A stretch of DNA of 64,000 nucleotides from an uncultured Verrucomicrobiae bacterium (GTDB taxonomy: Bacteria; Verrucomicrobiota; Verrucomicrobiia; Chthoniobacterales; JAFAMB01), in NCBI GenBank assembly GCA_963813025.1, contig CAWEXO010000014.1, positions 96,001-160,000 of the forward strand. The letters are read 5' to 3'. Positions 29,317 through 39,924 of the stretch are shown here, piece after piece. A program made the position numbers and the translations under genes. The notes below the pieces were generated by a model. It had not been told where the DNA came from, did not search any database, and worked only from the letters and a program-made list of their open reading frames with translations. Position 1 is the stretch's first letter. Each line of letters starts with the position of its first letter.

Positions 29317-30255
29317 CTAGTCCAGCCGCGCAACGACCACCAAATGTAAGTGGATCAAGTCGTTAACCAGATGTTTCCCCAGATAAGCGAAGAATTTCCC
29401 GGACCCGTATTGGACGTCCCAACGGGTTCGATCAAATTCCAGATGCGCTTGCGCGGCCAGCGTTCTCGAATCGGCCTGCCCGACGGTAGCCAAGAACGCA
29501 ACTTGATCGGTGACACCTTTCATGATCAACCGGCCAGTCAGGTGATAGCTGGGTGAGCCGGGTGTGCCTGCCGGAACCGGAGCAGCCGAGATAAGAACGA
29601 ATCGCGCCGCCGGGTATTTCGCGACGTCGAAGAAATCGTCGCTTGAAAGGTGCGCGATCAGCGTCTGGTTTAGCTGGGGATCCTTGAGGTCCTCGCAGGC
29701 CAGCGAATTCATGTTGATCTCGAACATCGCGTCTTCGAGCCGGCCTTCGCGCACCTCAAACCTGCCATCGTTGAAACGCAGCGTCCCGGAGTGGGAGTTT
29801 GCCAGATTGGAGCCCGTCCACTTGATGACGCTTTTCTCCAGATCGAGCCGGTACGACCCGCTCAAGGGTTCCTGCGAGGGTTGGTCCGCGTGCGGTTGTC
29901 CCTCCAGCCGAAAGCCTTTCTTGCGCCATTCCTCCAGACCACCGGCAAATTCCCAAACATCCGTAAAACCGGCCTTCTGGAGTTTATCCGCGGCCATCGA
30001 CGCCTCCCGGGACGCGGGACCGGCTCCGTAAACCACCACGGGCTGGGTCGGGTCCGTGACAGCATGGTGGACCTGATCGAGAAAATCGATTTCATAGACT
30101 GTCGCTCGATGAGCCCCTGGCAGATGCTCCCAGCCATAGCTTTCCTCCGGCAGAACATGCAGAAGAACCGGCGGTTCGATCTCTTTCAGCCAATCGTTCA
30201 CCCGCTCCGCGGCGATAGGTCTTGCACTCACGCTCCTAGCCGGCCCGCGGCTCAA
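29317..30255 (-). CDS. Rhodanese-like domain fused to YceI domain
   Basis: HLPGA and FAGGLEEW (rhodanese); S.IKWTG, HSG, HLSSDDFFDVAKYP, DRTRWDVQYGS (YceI). Start may be GTG 30231. Confidence 0.85.
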   Translation of the reverse strand: MSRGPARSVSARPIAAERVNDWLKEIEPPVLLHVLPEESYGWEHLPGAHRATVYEIDFLDQVHHAVTDPTQPVVVYGAGPASREASMAADKLQKAGFTDVWEFAGGLEEWRKKGFRLEGQPHADQPSQEPLSGSYRLDLEKSVIKWTGSNLANSHSGTLRFNDGRFEVREGRLEDAMFEINMNSLACEDLKDPQLNQTLIAHLSSDDFFDVAKYPAARFVLISAAPVPAGTPGSPSYHLTGRLIMKGVTDQVAFLATVGQADSRTLAAQAHLEFDRTRWDVQYGSGKFFAYLGKHLVNDLIHLHLVVVARLD

Positions 30256-30604
30256 CCCGCGAAAGACGCTGTTTCAAGTACGAAGTGAGAATCGGCCTTG
30301 CAACCGACCAGATGCTGCCCCAGATGATTCCCGCCAGGACACCAGTTTTGGCTTCCTTCGCGATTTTCTGGTGAGTCCTGTCATGAATGTAGATCTTCTC
30401 CTTCCGGGACGGCAATCGGGACAATATCCATCCCACGATTGCGGCGAGGCTTAGCCATCCCCAGGAGTATTTCTCAAAGGTCTTCGAAAATCTCAGCGGA
30501 ACATTGAGACTGTAACGCACGCCACCGGCGCTATCGAGCAGGTCGGTGCGCGCGCGCGAGAGTTGCGCGATCAATCGTTCTTTGTCTTCGTCCGAGCGAG
30601 CCAC
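30236..30604 (-). CDS. YqjK-like membrane protein
   Basis: KERLIAQLSRARTDL plus TM; third gene of a yqjD-E-K-like operon; GTG start after AAGGA. Confidence 0.6.
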   Translation of the reverse strand: MARSDEDKERLIAQLSRARTDLLDSAGGVRYSLNVPLRFSKTFEKYSWGWLSLAAIVGWILSRLPSRKEKIYIHDRTHQKIAKEAKTGVLAGIIWGSIWSVARPILTSYLKQRLSRVEPRAG

Positions 30605-31005
30605 GAGCGGTCCTTCTTTAGTTCTGCACGAGTCAGTGGATAGATTGGCTTGGTAATACGGAAGCGCAGAACAACAGCGGAAACCGCGCTGAGTAAAAGA
30701 ACCACGCCACCGCAGATGAGCGCGCTCCAGCCCCACTCGATGCCAAAAAGCCGCATCACCAGGTAAAGCAAAAACACGCTGAAAAGTAAGAGGAACGCGA
30801 CAAAAAGGGCGACCGTGGCGGAAAAGAGCAAAATGAGGATCAAAAGATGAAGACCGGCTTCCTTCGACTCTATTCCAAGCAAACGGAGTTTAAGTTCCAA
30901 GTACCGTAAGAACGCGGCGACCCAGTGTTTGACTGAGTCGCTCGTTGATAGCTTTTCCGGAGTGGCTTGCGCAGAAGCCTCCGCGTCCATGGCTTGGTTG
31001 CCCAA
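30571..31005 (-). CDS. YqjE-like membrane protein
   Basis: YLELKLRLLGIESKE, two TM, TRAELKKDRSWL. Confidence 0.7.
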   Translation of the reverse strand: MGNQAMDAEASAQATPEKLSTSDSVKHWVAAFLRYLELKLRLLGIESKEAGLHLLILILLFSATVALFVAFLLLFSVFLLYLVMRLFGIEWGWSALICGGVVLLLSAVSAVVLRFRITKPIYPLTRAELKKDRSWLARTKTKND

Positions 31006-31007
31006 AG

Positions 31008-31334
31008 CTATTTCCGAAACATGAGTCCGAGAAGGAAACCGGCTCCGAGCGCAATTAAGACCGCTTTAGCGGGATTTTCTCGCACATAAGCCTCGCCGTC
31101 AGATTGCCATGTTTTCGCCCGATCCTGGGCATCCGACCAGGCGCTTTGGGCCGCGCCCTGGAATTCATTTGCCTTGCGTTGGGCGTGGAAACGCAGCTCG
31201 TCGGCTTTTTTCTCGGCTGCCCGTCTAATCTCTTCGGCTTTGGCGCTTGCCGCATCCTTGAAATCCTGGGCTGCCGCTTTCACATGATCCTTACCTGTCT
31301 CAGCCGCAGTATGAGACTCAGTCTGTTCATCCAT
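31008..31334 (-). CDS. DUF883 (ElaB/YqjD) family protein
   Basis: Ala/Lys-rich helix ending YVRENPAKAVLIALGAGFLLG. Confidence 0.85.
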   Translation of the reverse strand: MDEQTESHTAAETGKDHVKAAAQDFKDAASAKAEEIRRAAEKKADELRFHAQRKANEFQGAAQSAWSDAQDRAKTWQSDGEAYVRENPAKAVLIALGAGFLLGLMFRK

Positions 31335-31446
31335 AGATATTTCCTCTGGTGGAATTGATCGTTAAATGGCGTTATTAGTTCGCTCCGAGTCTCTCGTTGA
31401 CGGCAGGAAAAAGCAAGAGCAGGGGAAGCCCTGAAACTCCTATCAG

Positions 31447-31665
31447 TCAAATCTCCCGAAAAATGATCCGGGCTTTGCCTAGGTCGTACGGCGAAATTTC
31501 AATCTCGACTTTGTCGCCTGGCACAATCCGGATAAAATTCTTGCGCATCTTCCCGCTGATATGGGCCAAAACCTTTTGCCTATTCGGCAGGGCCACCCGA
31601 AACATGGTGTTCGGCAGGATCTCGGTAACAATGCCTTCAACAATGAGAGGGGCTTCCTTTGGCAT
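31447..31665 (-). CDS. infA: Translation initiation factor IF-1
   Basis: [47 protein letters not shown]; 72 aa. Confidence 0.97.
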   Translation of the reverse strand: MPKEAPLIVEGIVTEILPNTMFRVALPNRQKVLAHISGKMRKNFIRIVPGDKVEIEISPYDLGKARIIFREI

Positions 31666-31762
31666 GGCGACTCCCGGTAATATGCCTGGAACCGCTTGCC
31701 GCTCAAATACCTGCATCGCTCGCAATTCGGGGAATTGGCGAGCGATGCGGGTTTTGGCAGCG

Positions 31763-32947
31763 TCAACGGGTGTTTTTTACTTCGTCAATCAGGTCGGAGA
31801 ATACCCCGAAAAAGTACGTCGCATCGTGTGGGCCCGGAGCAGCCTCCGGATGATACTGGACGCTGAACATCGGAGAATCGCGGTGCCGTAATCCTTCGAC
31901 TGTCTGATCGTTCAGATTGATGTGCGAAACCTCAATATTCGAAGGCAGAGATTCCGCATCTACCGCGAAGCCGTGGTTTTGCGAGGTGATTGCGACCTTC
32001 CCTGTCCGCAGATCCTTAACTGGTTGATTGCCCCCACGATGGCCAAACTTCAGCTTGAAGATGCTGCCCCCGGCGGCTAATCCAAGCAGTTGGTGTCCTA
32101 AACAGATCCCAAAGATCGGAGTCCGGCCAATCAGTTGGCGCAGCTCGGTATAAATGTAAGGGAGGGCCGCTGGATCTCCCGGCCCGTTTGACAGGAAAAC
32201 GCCGTCTGATTTCAGGGCAAGCACGTCCTCCGCTTTTGTCGCTGCGGGTACAACGGTCACCTTGAACCCGCGCTGGCGTAATCTTCGCAAAATGTTGAGC
32301 TTGATACCGAAATCGTAAGCCACGATCCGGTGTCGAACTGGCGGCAGCCGTTTGAAAACCTGTCCGTTTTCGAGCGTTTCGTCGATTAGTTCTCCCGCCC
32401 CCTTCACGATACCCCACGGACGGCTTTCCTTGTCCTCCGGATCCCACTCATAAGGCTGTGGAGCCGTGACCTCTCGCACGTAATCGGCGCCGCTCATCTC
32501 TGGCGCGCTGCGAGCCTGCGCGATCGCCGCGTCGGCATCGATTAACTCATCGGAAAGGCAAGCGCGCATGGCTCCTCTCGTCCTCAGATGTTTCGTGAGC
32601 GCACGGGTATCAACGCCTTGAACTCCGCCGATGTTCCAATGTTTAAGATACGAATCCAGGGTATCGTCGGCTCTCCAGTTGCTGGCAATGGCTGAGAGTT
32701 CTCCAACGACGAATCCACGTACGTGCGGCCGCAGACTTTCGTTGTCATATCCGTTTACCCCGTAGTTCCCGATTAACGGGTAAGTCATAGTTACGATCTG
32801 ACCGTGATAGGAAGGATCAGTGAGAACCTCCTGGTAACCGGTCATCGCCGTATTGAAACAAATCTCTCCGACAGACGTTCCCGGCGCCCCGAAAGCGTGT
32901 CCACGAAATACCCTTCCGTCTTCAAGCGCGACTAAAGCGTCCTTCAT
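31763..32947 (-). CDS. carA: Carbamoyl-phosphate synthase small chain
   Basis: [57 protein letters not shown]. Confidence 0.97.
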   Translation of the reverse strand: MKDALVALEDGRVFRGHAFGAPGTSVGEICFNTAMTGYQEVLTDPSYHGQIVTMTYPLIGNYGVNGYDNESLRPHVRGFVVGELSAIASNWRADDTLDSYLKHWNIGGVQGVDTRALTKHLRTRGAMRACLSDELIDADAAIAQARSAPEMSGADYVREVTAPQPYEWDPEDKESRPWGIVKGAGELIDETLENGQVFKRLPPVRHRIVAYDFGIKLNILRRLRQRGFKVTVVPAATKAEDVLALKSDGVFLSNGPGDPAALPYIYTELRQLIGRTPIFGICLGHQLLGLAAGGSIFKLKFGHRGGNQPVKDLRTGKVAITSQNHGFAVDAESLPSNIEVSHINLNDQTVEGLRHRDSPMFSVQYHPEAAPGPHDATYFFGVFSDLIDEVKNTR

Positions 32948-34227
32948 ATTGGAGACGAAAGTAAATGACGCGCGACAGACGTCAAAGGCCGGCTGCGGCC
33001 GGCAGACATCCGGCGCAAGACTCCGGCCAAATTTCCGCGATCGCGTACCTCGACGGCTTCAAGGAGGAGCCAGTCAGCCAATTTCTTGAGCGCGGCAAAG
33101 AGGGGCTCTGCGACCGTCAAGTCCGCTTGGTGCTCGCCGTGGCTTGATTGGACGAGCAACGCTGATCGCACCCGGTCTGCTTTGAGGTCCACCCGACCTG
33201 CCAACTGATTTCCCTGAAGAAACGGGAGAACGTAGTAGCCATGCTGCCGGCGGGCAGCCGGGGTGTAAATTCCGATTCGATACCTGAACCCAAAAAGGCG
33301 CTCGGTCCGCGATCGATCCCACACCAGAGGATCGAAAGGGGACAGCAACGTAGCCGTGATATTATCATTGCGCGGTACCCGCAGATTGGCTGGAGCAAAC
33401 GCCGGTCGCGACCAGCTTTCCACCTCTCCCGAGACCAGTTCTCCGGCGGCTACCAATTCCGCAATTCTCGCGCGAGTATCGTGGAGCCCCAAACGGAAGT
33501 AGTCGCGAAGGTCGCTTTCGGTCGCGACTCCGAGCGCGCGGGCGGCCACTCGCAGAAGCTCGCGTTGAGCATCCTCCTCGGGCATCTCCGGAGCGCAGAC
33601 CAGTTCCCGCGGCAAGACTCGTTCCGTCAAATCATAGACTCGCTCGAAGTTTCGGCGGAATGCGGTTGTAATTTTTCCGGTCCAGAACAGCCATTCGAGC
33701 GCGCGTTTGCCATCGCTCCAGCCCCACCACGATCCCGATTTAAGAGGCGCCTCAGCGGAAAGAAGTCGCTGCAGTTGACCCGCACTGATCGGTCCGCGGT
33801 TGCTGACCTCAGCCATGACCGAGTCAATGAATCCAGGTTTTTCCTCCGCTAGCCGGGCGACCAACCGGTAGATCCCCTGGCCTCCTTCCGCGCGACGCAT
33901 CCTCCAGCGAAAAAAGGGAAAGAGGTCCAGAGAGATCAGCGATGCCTCGTGTCCCCAGTACTCAAATAAGGTTCTTTTGCCTCGCCGATAACTCAACTCA
34001 TCGAGATGTGCCCTGGAGTAACTGCCGAGCCGAGAGAACAACGGCATGTAGTGCGCTCGCACGAGGACATTGACAGAATCAATCTGCAAGAGCCCGAGTC
34101 GCTTGACCGCTGTGCGGATCTCTCGAAGACCCAGACCGGTACGCTCAAGACCAAATCCTTGGGCCGCCAGCGCTGCGCGCCGTGCCTCGCTCAGTGACAA
34201 AGAAAAGGCTTTGCGGCGCCTGATCAT
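32944..34227 (-). CDS. YcaQ/AlkZ-like winged-helix crosslink-repair DNA glycosylase
   Basis: LQIDSV (QxD motif), [48 protein letters not shown]. Confidence 0.88.
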   Translation of the reverse strand: MIRRRKAFSLSLSEARRAALAAQGFGLERTGLGLREIRTAVKRLGLLQIDSVNVLVRAHYMPLFSRLGSYSRAHLDELSYRRGKRTLFEYWGHEASLISLDLFPFFRWRMRRAEGGQGIYRLVARLAEEKPGFIDSVMAEVSNRGPISAGQLQRLLSAEAPLKSGSWWGWSDGKRALEWLFWTGKITTAFRRNFERVYDLTERVLPRELVCAPEMPEEDAQRELLRVAARALGVATESDLRDYFRLGLHDTRARIAELVAAGELVSGEVESWSRPAFAPANLRVPRNDNITATLLSPFDPLVWDRSRTERLFGFRYRIGIYTPAARRQHGYYVLPFLQGNQLAGRVDLKADRVRSALLVQSSHGEHQADLTVAEPLFAALKKLADWLLLEAVEVRDRGNLAGVLRRMSAGRSRPLTSVARHLLSSPI

Positions 34228-34229
34228 GC

Positions 34230-35516
34230 TCACCAGGACAACTGGTTCCAATATGTGACGGCGCCATCGTGATTCTTGACAAACCGCACCGAGCCATCCT
34301 GCGAAACCACTGCCGCCACTGCATCGGGGTACAGGTCACAGAAGCGATAAACTGCCCGGTGGCGGGTTCCGACGTCGTCCAACGACTCATTTGTCCAGAT
34401 TGAACCCTCCAGATCGAGCGCCTTGCGCACACTGGTGAGTCTTGGCGAATCCGCCCGCAGTTCCGCGCCAAAGCCCACTACCTCAAAATGCTTGGTCAAG
34501 ATCAAGGCCCCGTCGATTGACATCAGATCAGCCAGGAAATGGGCGAACTCGAAGAGCGCCTCGTCCATGTCTCCAAGGTCCGCGTCGGCCACCGTCTGAT
34601 ATTCTCGCCAGCCCGCGCTCGAGAATTGGTTTTCCTGCGCAACTTGGGAAAGCCGTTTCATCGCCAGCGCAAGCGTCTTTCGGTAATGACTCCGCGTGTC
34701 TCCGACAGCCAGGCGGTATTTGAAGCGCAGCGATCCGTGCTCGTGCACGAAGAGCTGCTCCTGATGCGGCTCTATAAAAATCAAAGTGCCACCGTGCTTG
34801 GAATTCCGCACCACGCTCAGCGTCCGGCGCAGGACATTCTGCGAAATCATCTTCAGGAAATCGCCGTCCAGGGAGATTGATTTCTGGCGGGCGCCAGAGA
34901 TGCGCTCCAGGAGTTGGGTCTTAGCCAAAGTGAAAGCATCCAGCAACCACTTCGATTGAAACAGATCAAAGGCGTGGCCTTCCATTTCGCCGCCACTAAG
35001 GGCAGCAATTCGTTTCTGGCCCAGGAACAGACTCAGCCGGCCTGGTCCAAACGCTTGGACCACTAAACGCGGCGGCAAGGCGACGCCAGTGAAGCGGCCG
35101 CCGTCGACGGCGTTAACCCATCGTGTGCCGGAGACGACAATTCCCCAGATACCCAGACGGTCCTGCGGATCTGGACTGATGCCAATGAGCGAGCGGAAAA
35201 ATTCAGCGGCCGTGGATATCCGTCGGACCTCCTGCTCGTTGAAAGCGCGACGCCGATCAAGGATGATTGGAGAAAGTCCCGTTGGTGGTCCTCCATCGTA
35301 TGGCAATTCCTCTGGTGGGATCAGGAACAGCCGGAACGTCACGGGACGCTGCTCCTCCCGAAGCAGGCTGGCGTGATAGGCGACGTCGAGCACGAGCCTG
35401 AGTTGGGCGTCGGTCGGCAATTCCTGTATCGATTCTTGCGGCCAGACCTTTTTGACCAGATCGGCCAAATGAGAAGGGTAGGAATATCCAAGGTAGCTTT
35501 GCGGGCGTTGAGTCAT
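34230..35516 (-). CDS. Diadenylate-cyclase (DAC/DisA_N)-like protein with N-terminal sensor-type domain
   Basis: C-terminal SIDGALIL, VGFGAE, GTRHRA, VVSQDG. N-terminal YHASLLREEQRP resembles DACNV-type domains (recalled, unchecked). ATG at 35516. Confidence 0.78.
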   Translation of the reverse strand: MTQRPQSYLGYSYPSHLADLVKKVWPQESIQELPTDAQLRLVLDVAYHASLLREEQRPVTFRLFLIPPEELPYDGGPPTGLSPIILDRRRAFNEQEVRRISTAAEFFRSLIGISPDPQDRLGIWGIVVSGTRWVNAVDGGRFTGVALPPRLVVQAFGPGRLSLFLGQKRIAALSGGEMEGHAFDLFQSKWLLDAFTLAKTQLLERISGARQKSISLDGDFLKMISQNVLRRTLSVVRNSKHGGTLIFIEPHQEQLFVHEHGSLRFKYRLAVGDTRSHYRKTLALAMKRLSQVAQENQFSSAGWREYQTVADADLGDMDEALFEFAHFLADLMSIDGALILTKHFEVVGFGAELRADSPRLTSVRKALDLEGSIWTNESLDDVGTRHRAVYRFCDLYPDAVAAVVSQDGSVRFVKNHDGAVTYWNQLSW

Positions 35517-35661
35517 GCAAGTCACGGCCGTGGGCCGGAAATATGCGTAATTTCGGCGAAAATGACTCGGCCACAACTGGGATAGTGCCTGCCGGTGCCA
35601 GTGCCAGTGCAACGTCTTTGATACACTGGTGCCATCGTTGCGGCCCAAAGGGTTGCGTTGA

Positions 35662-35749
35662 AGAGATTGTCTCGCAACCCCCAAGGTCGGTAGGGACAAG
35701 CTCCCCGGACAAGCTCCCGCTTGACCTTCTTAGCATTGGATCACGTCTC
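35662..35749 (+). repeat. Repeat family B (AGAGATTGTCTCGCA-N-GGTCGGTAGGG-CAAGCTCC-GCTTGACC), 2 CAAGCTC units
   Basis: Near-identical to 46831-46907, 57025-57088 and inverted 54285-54381. Confidence 0.85.
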
Positions 35750-35763
35750 GATTTGGACGAGCA

Positions 35764-35886
35764 GGCCACCTCCGCAAGGCTACGGCGCGCCCTCCGGTAA
35801 AGTGTTTGTGCCATTCCATATCCGGGCCGCGACGAAGGCTTGTCCGTAGTCGGGCCGCCTCCGCAAGGCTGCGGCGCGCCCTCCGG
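35764..35886 (+). repeat. 34-bp direct repeat, two copies 55 nt apart
   Basis: ggccRcctccgcaaggctRcggcgcgccctccgg at 35764-35797 and 35853-35886. Confidence 0.8.
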
Positions 35887-36034
35887 CGATTAATTCCGTT
35901 TCCGATTCCTGCTTTTGTCCTCGTTCGTTGGAAAATTGCATCGTCGCGTCACCTGAGAACCTTGGCTGAACGCTGGTGCACCCCGCCTCAATGAGGCCAC
36001 AGAGCAAAAGGAGGGCAAAAAGTTTTTTCGGCAT
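35780..36034 (-). CDS. Small putative lipoprotein; C-terminus runs into repeats
   Basis: MPKKLFALLLLCGLIEAG|C lipobox-like signal. Confidence 0.5.
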   Translation of the reverse strand: MPKKLFALLLLCGLIEAGCTSVQPRFSGDATMQFSNERGQKQESETELIAGGRAAALRRRPDYGQAFVAARIWNGTNTLPEGAP

Positions 36035-36094
36035 TTATAGCACATTTACGCCGGAAAACGCTGTCAGCGAGTTACTTGCTCGTCATGCTTGCCG

Positions 36095-36244
36095 GGGCGT
36101 CTGCTTTTGCCCGGGGTTTTTAACTCGGGGCAATCTTACGCCTCTTTCAGGGCGACCGGTGAGGAACGGTTTTCCCGGGGTAAAAACCTGGTAAAAACCC
36201 CGGGCTCAGTCCTGATGCCCCTTCGAGGCGAAAAGCAGACGCCC
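36095..36244. repeat. Multi-stem palindromic element (REP-like)
   Basis: Two perfect 14-bp stems (gggcgtctgctttt/aaaagcagacgccc; gcccggggttttta/taaaaaccccgggc) plus inner hairpins. Confidence 0.7.
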
Positions 36245-36403
36245 GACGCGTCCTCACTGTCAGGGTCACTGTCAGTCCAGGAACCCGGCGCCGCAATGTT
36301 GCGAGCCGACGCAGACGCGGGCTAAGCTTGCGCGGGGGCCATCCACGCGATAAGCCCAGTGTTTCCTCGCGGCGCAAACATACCAACCGCCCGGATAGGA
36401 CTC

Positions 36404-38018
36404 ATGCAGAACGCGCAGAATTCGACGGCTCAGACGCAAGGTGCCATGACCCGTCCGGCTCGTGCATCGCGCCCGGCGTTGCTCGTTGCCTCCGGAATCT
36501 TCCTGAGCCGTTTGGCGGGCTTGATCCGGGATCGCGTTTTGGCCCATTTTCTGGGTAGCACGGATGCCGCGGACGCGTTCCGAGCGGCGCTTCGCATCCC
36601 AAATTTCCTGCAGAATCTTTTTGGGGAGGGGGTGCTCTCGGCTTCCTTCATCCCGGTTTATGCGCGGCTATTGGGATCGGGCGATGAGAAAGAAGCGGAT
36701 CGAGTAGCGGGTGCAATCGGCGCGATTCTGGCCGCACTGGTCTCAGTCCTGGTCGCCCTGGGAATGCTCCTGGCGCCTTTTCTGATTGACGCGATTGCTC
36801 CCGGATTTACTGGCGAAAAGAGACTGCTGACAATTGCGTTGGTTCAGATTCTGTTTCCGGGCGTTGGGGCGTTAGTGCTGTCGGCTTGGTGCCTCGGCAT
36901 TTTGAACAGTCACGGAAAGTTTTTCCTACCCTACTCCGCGCCGGTCATCTGGAATCTTTGCGTGATTGGGGCGGTGATGCTCTTTCGGGCGACTCCGTCC
37001 CTGTCCGCGCTGGCAATTTATGCCGCGATCGGCGCCGGTATCGGCAGCGTTGGTCAGCTCCTTATTCAGGTACCGACGGTATTTGCGGTGGCCCGAAGAA
37101 TGACGTTTGAATTTCAACTGCGGTCTCGGGCGGTGCGAACCGTGGTCAAGAATTTCGGGCCGGTGTTTATCAGCCGCGGAGTTGTGCAGCTGAGCGCTTA
37201 CATTGATGCGCTTTTGGCGAGTCTTCTGCCTTCCGGCTCGGTCGCGTTGTTAATGTACGGGCAAACGATCGCGCTGCTCCCGGTGAGTCTTTTTGGAATG
37301 TCCATATCAGCGGCGGAGCTTCCGGCCATGTCGCGCACACTGGCCGGCGACCGTGAAGCCGCCTCGGAAGCGCTTAACAACCGGCTGAAAGCGGCTATCC
37401 GCCAGTTGGCGTTTTTCGTTATTCCGTCAGCGATGAGTTTCTTCGCATTTGGGGACACCATCGCAGGGATGATCTATCAGACTGGGCTTTTTACTCGGCA
37501 GGACACCTTATTCGTTTGGTCTTTATTGGCCGGGTCTGGCATCGGCCTGGTGGCCTCGACCTCAGGCCGCCTTTGTTCCTCTGCCTTTTACGCTCTGCAC
37601 GACACGCGCACTCCGCTCCGCTATGCTCTGGTTCGAGTTGGCCTCACGACAGTGCTCGGGTATCTCGCCGCGTTTCCTTTACCGCACCTCCTGCATATCG
37701 ATCAACGCTGGGGAATTGCCGGACTCACTGCCTCTGCCGGGATTGCTGGTTGGATTGAATTTCTGCTTTTGCGCAGAGGCTTTGCGGCGCCGGCTCGGCT
37801 CTTTCTCGGCCAATCCGCGCTACTACCTGTTGCTCTGGAGCGCTGCTGCCGCCGCCGCCATCGCGGCCTATCCTTTGAAGGACGTTGCTGGTCTGAGGCA
37901 TCCGGTAGTCAGCGGTCTGGTGGTGCTTCCCGTTTACTGCCTTCTTTACTTTGGAGCGGGGCTTCTGCTGCGTGTTCCGGAAGCGCGAGGCGCTTTGCGA
38001 CGATTCGGTGGCGCTTGA
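36404..38018 (+). CDS. murJ: Lipid II flippase MurJ; frameshift near 37778
   Basis: SRLAGLIRD, RIPNFLQNLFGEGVLSASFIP, FYALHDTRTP. The last TM helices are in frame 37623-38018; one extra G near 37778. Confidence 0.9.
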
Positions 38019-38107
38019 GAATTTGCGCCATTCAGAAAGGCAGCAGATGGTGGCAAGTGAAGTGGGCGGTCTTGTTGGATTTCCGTAAGCCAGGGATGGA
38101 CGAACAT

Positions 38108-38299
38108 TCAGAGACCGTCTCGCAACGTCCTGCTGGTCAACGACTGGTAGGGCGAAAATTTATTCGAGCGCCAGGCGAGAACTTGTTTGAGCCGTCTTGG
38201 GAGTGTGGCAGCTCCAGCGTCGGGCTCAAACGAGTGCTCGCTAAGGCTCGCATAAATTTTCGCCCTACCGGCACAGGGCAAAAGACATATTGCGAGACA
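38108..38299. repeat. REPIN-like palindrome, family A, with outer GTCTCGCAA/TTGCGAGAC ends
   Basis: GTAG at 38147, CTAC at 38265; close match to 23976-24123. Confidence 0.88.
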
Positions 38300-38409
38300 T
38301 GCGCGGAGTTTTCGTCCATCCGGCACGGAACCAGAGACACAGCGAGGGACAAGCGGCTCATTCGAGGCAGCCTATTGCCGAGCTGTCATCTTTCCCATTC
38401 TCCCCAGCT

Positions 38410-39676
38410 ATGGAGCACATTTATTCCGATCCAACCTTCCAGATGGCCCGAGACCAGTTCCAGCTGATTGCGGATCACATCGACATCCCTGTCAACCTGC
38501 GCGAACGCCTCATGTGGCCGAAGCGGTCCGTCGCTGTCTCCGTGCCGGTTCGCCTAGACGATGGTTCAACCAAGGTTTTCCAGGGATACCGCGTACAGCA
38601 TCACCTCTCGATGGGGCCAACCAAGGGCGGTACCCGATTCTCGACCAGTGTAACGATTGGCGAGATCGCTGCCCTGGCAATGTGGATGAGCTGGAAATGT
38701 GCTCTCGCCGGTTTGCCCTACGGCGGCGCGAAAGGGGGTGTACAAGTCGATCCCCGTCGCTTGAGCGCGGGCGAGCTGGAGCGACTCTCGCGTCGCTACA
38801 TGCAGGAAATGATCCCGTTTATCGGACCCCATACGGACATCATGGGACCAGACATGGGGACCAACGAACAAGTCATGGCTTGGTTCATGGACACCTATTC
38901 GGCGCATCACGGGCACTCGGTTCCTGAGATTGTTACCGGGAAACCGGTCAGCCTCGGCGGTACTTCCGGTCGCCGAGAGTCAACCGGACGCGGAGTGGTT
39001 TATCTGGTCGAGCGGGCAGCCAACATAATCAAAATGGCTTTAAACGACCGTACCGCGGTAGTCCAGGGTTTCGGCAATGTCGGGATCGGTAGTGGCGCAA
39101 GGGCTCGCGTACAAAAATGGAATGAAAGTCATCGCCCTCAGTGATGCTTCCGGCGCGATTCGGAAAGATGGAGGAATCGATATTCACGCGGCCGAAAAAT
39201 ATGTTAACGACCGTGGCCAATTAGAAGGCTTCCCCGGGGCAGACGCCATTCCGCCGGACGATCTCCTGGTGATTCCTTGCGACGTGCTGGTGCCCGCTGC
39301 CATAAGCGGTGTGATCAACGCGGGGAACGCCAAACGCATTCAGTGCAGAATTCTCGCCGAGGCGGCCAATGGCCCGACCACCGTAGAAGCCGACAAGGTT
39401 TTATTTGATCGTTGGAACGAGGTCTTTGTGATACCCGATATCCTCTGCAATGCGGGTGGAGTGATTGTCTCCTATTTTGAATGGGTGCAGAGCCTACAAA
39501 GCTTTTTTTGGAACGAGACGGAGGTCGTTGACCGACTCTTCCGGGTCCTCCAGCAATCCTTTTCCGCGGTTATCCGGCGAGCCAAAGAGGAGAAGATACC
39601 TCATCGCCTTGCCGCGATGGCCATCGGTGTTGAGCGAGTGATGAAGGCCCGGCGAGATCGGGGATTGTTTCCGTAG
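38410..39676 (+). CDS. gdhA: Glu/Leu/Phe/Val dehydrogenase (glutamate dehydrogenase); frameshift near 39083
   Basis: GPTKGG.RF, LPYGGAKGG, PDMGT, VTGKP, QGFGNVG; second ORF has EAANGPTT and PDILCNAGGVIVSYFEWVQ. One extra G. Confidence 0.88.
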
Positions 39677-39681
39677 GAAAG

Positions 39682-39809
39682 ACGGCGGGAGGGTCATGTT
39701 TAGACTTTCAACATTCAATCCAGATCGGTTGCTTTCCGACCTCTGGAACCGCCGACCGAATGTTGAAAGTCTAGACGTGACCCTCCCGCCGTTTGACCCT
39801 CCCGCCGTT
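39682..39809. repeat. 35-bp inverted repeat after the dehydrogenase, with a duplicated 16-mer
   Basis: 39682-39716 versus 39758-39792 (2 G:U-compatible mismatches); tgaccctcccgccgtt twice. Confidence 0.8.
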
Positions 39810-39924
39810 TGACTCGGAAGTCGGATTAAAAAAGGTTTCCAAAAAAACAGAGCGAGTCTAGTCAAAAAAAAACAAACGTGGTCAGCGCATCGTGCGACCG
39901 TGAATCGAGAAAACGTAATTCCCC

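Noticed and set aside
30571..31005. Phage holin or prophage
   Set aside because: Part of a yqjD-E-K-like host operon; no phage genes in the window.
35764..35886. 34-bp direct repeats as a CRISPR array
   Set aside because: Only two copies, 55-nt spacer, no cas genes, and the core matches a dispersed repeat module.
36095..36244. Hammerhead ribozyme (CTGATG...CGAAA)
   Set aside because: The core lacks the A of CUGANGA and six extra bases separate stem I from CUGA.
36359..38467. 702-aa MurJ with a novel C-terminal domain
   Set aside because: The extension is out-of-frame read-through across a REP element after a +1 indel.
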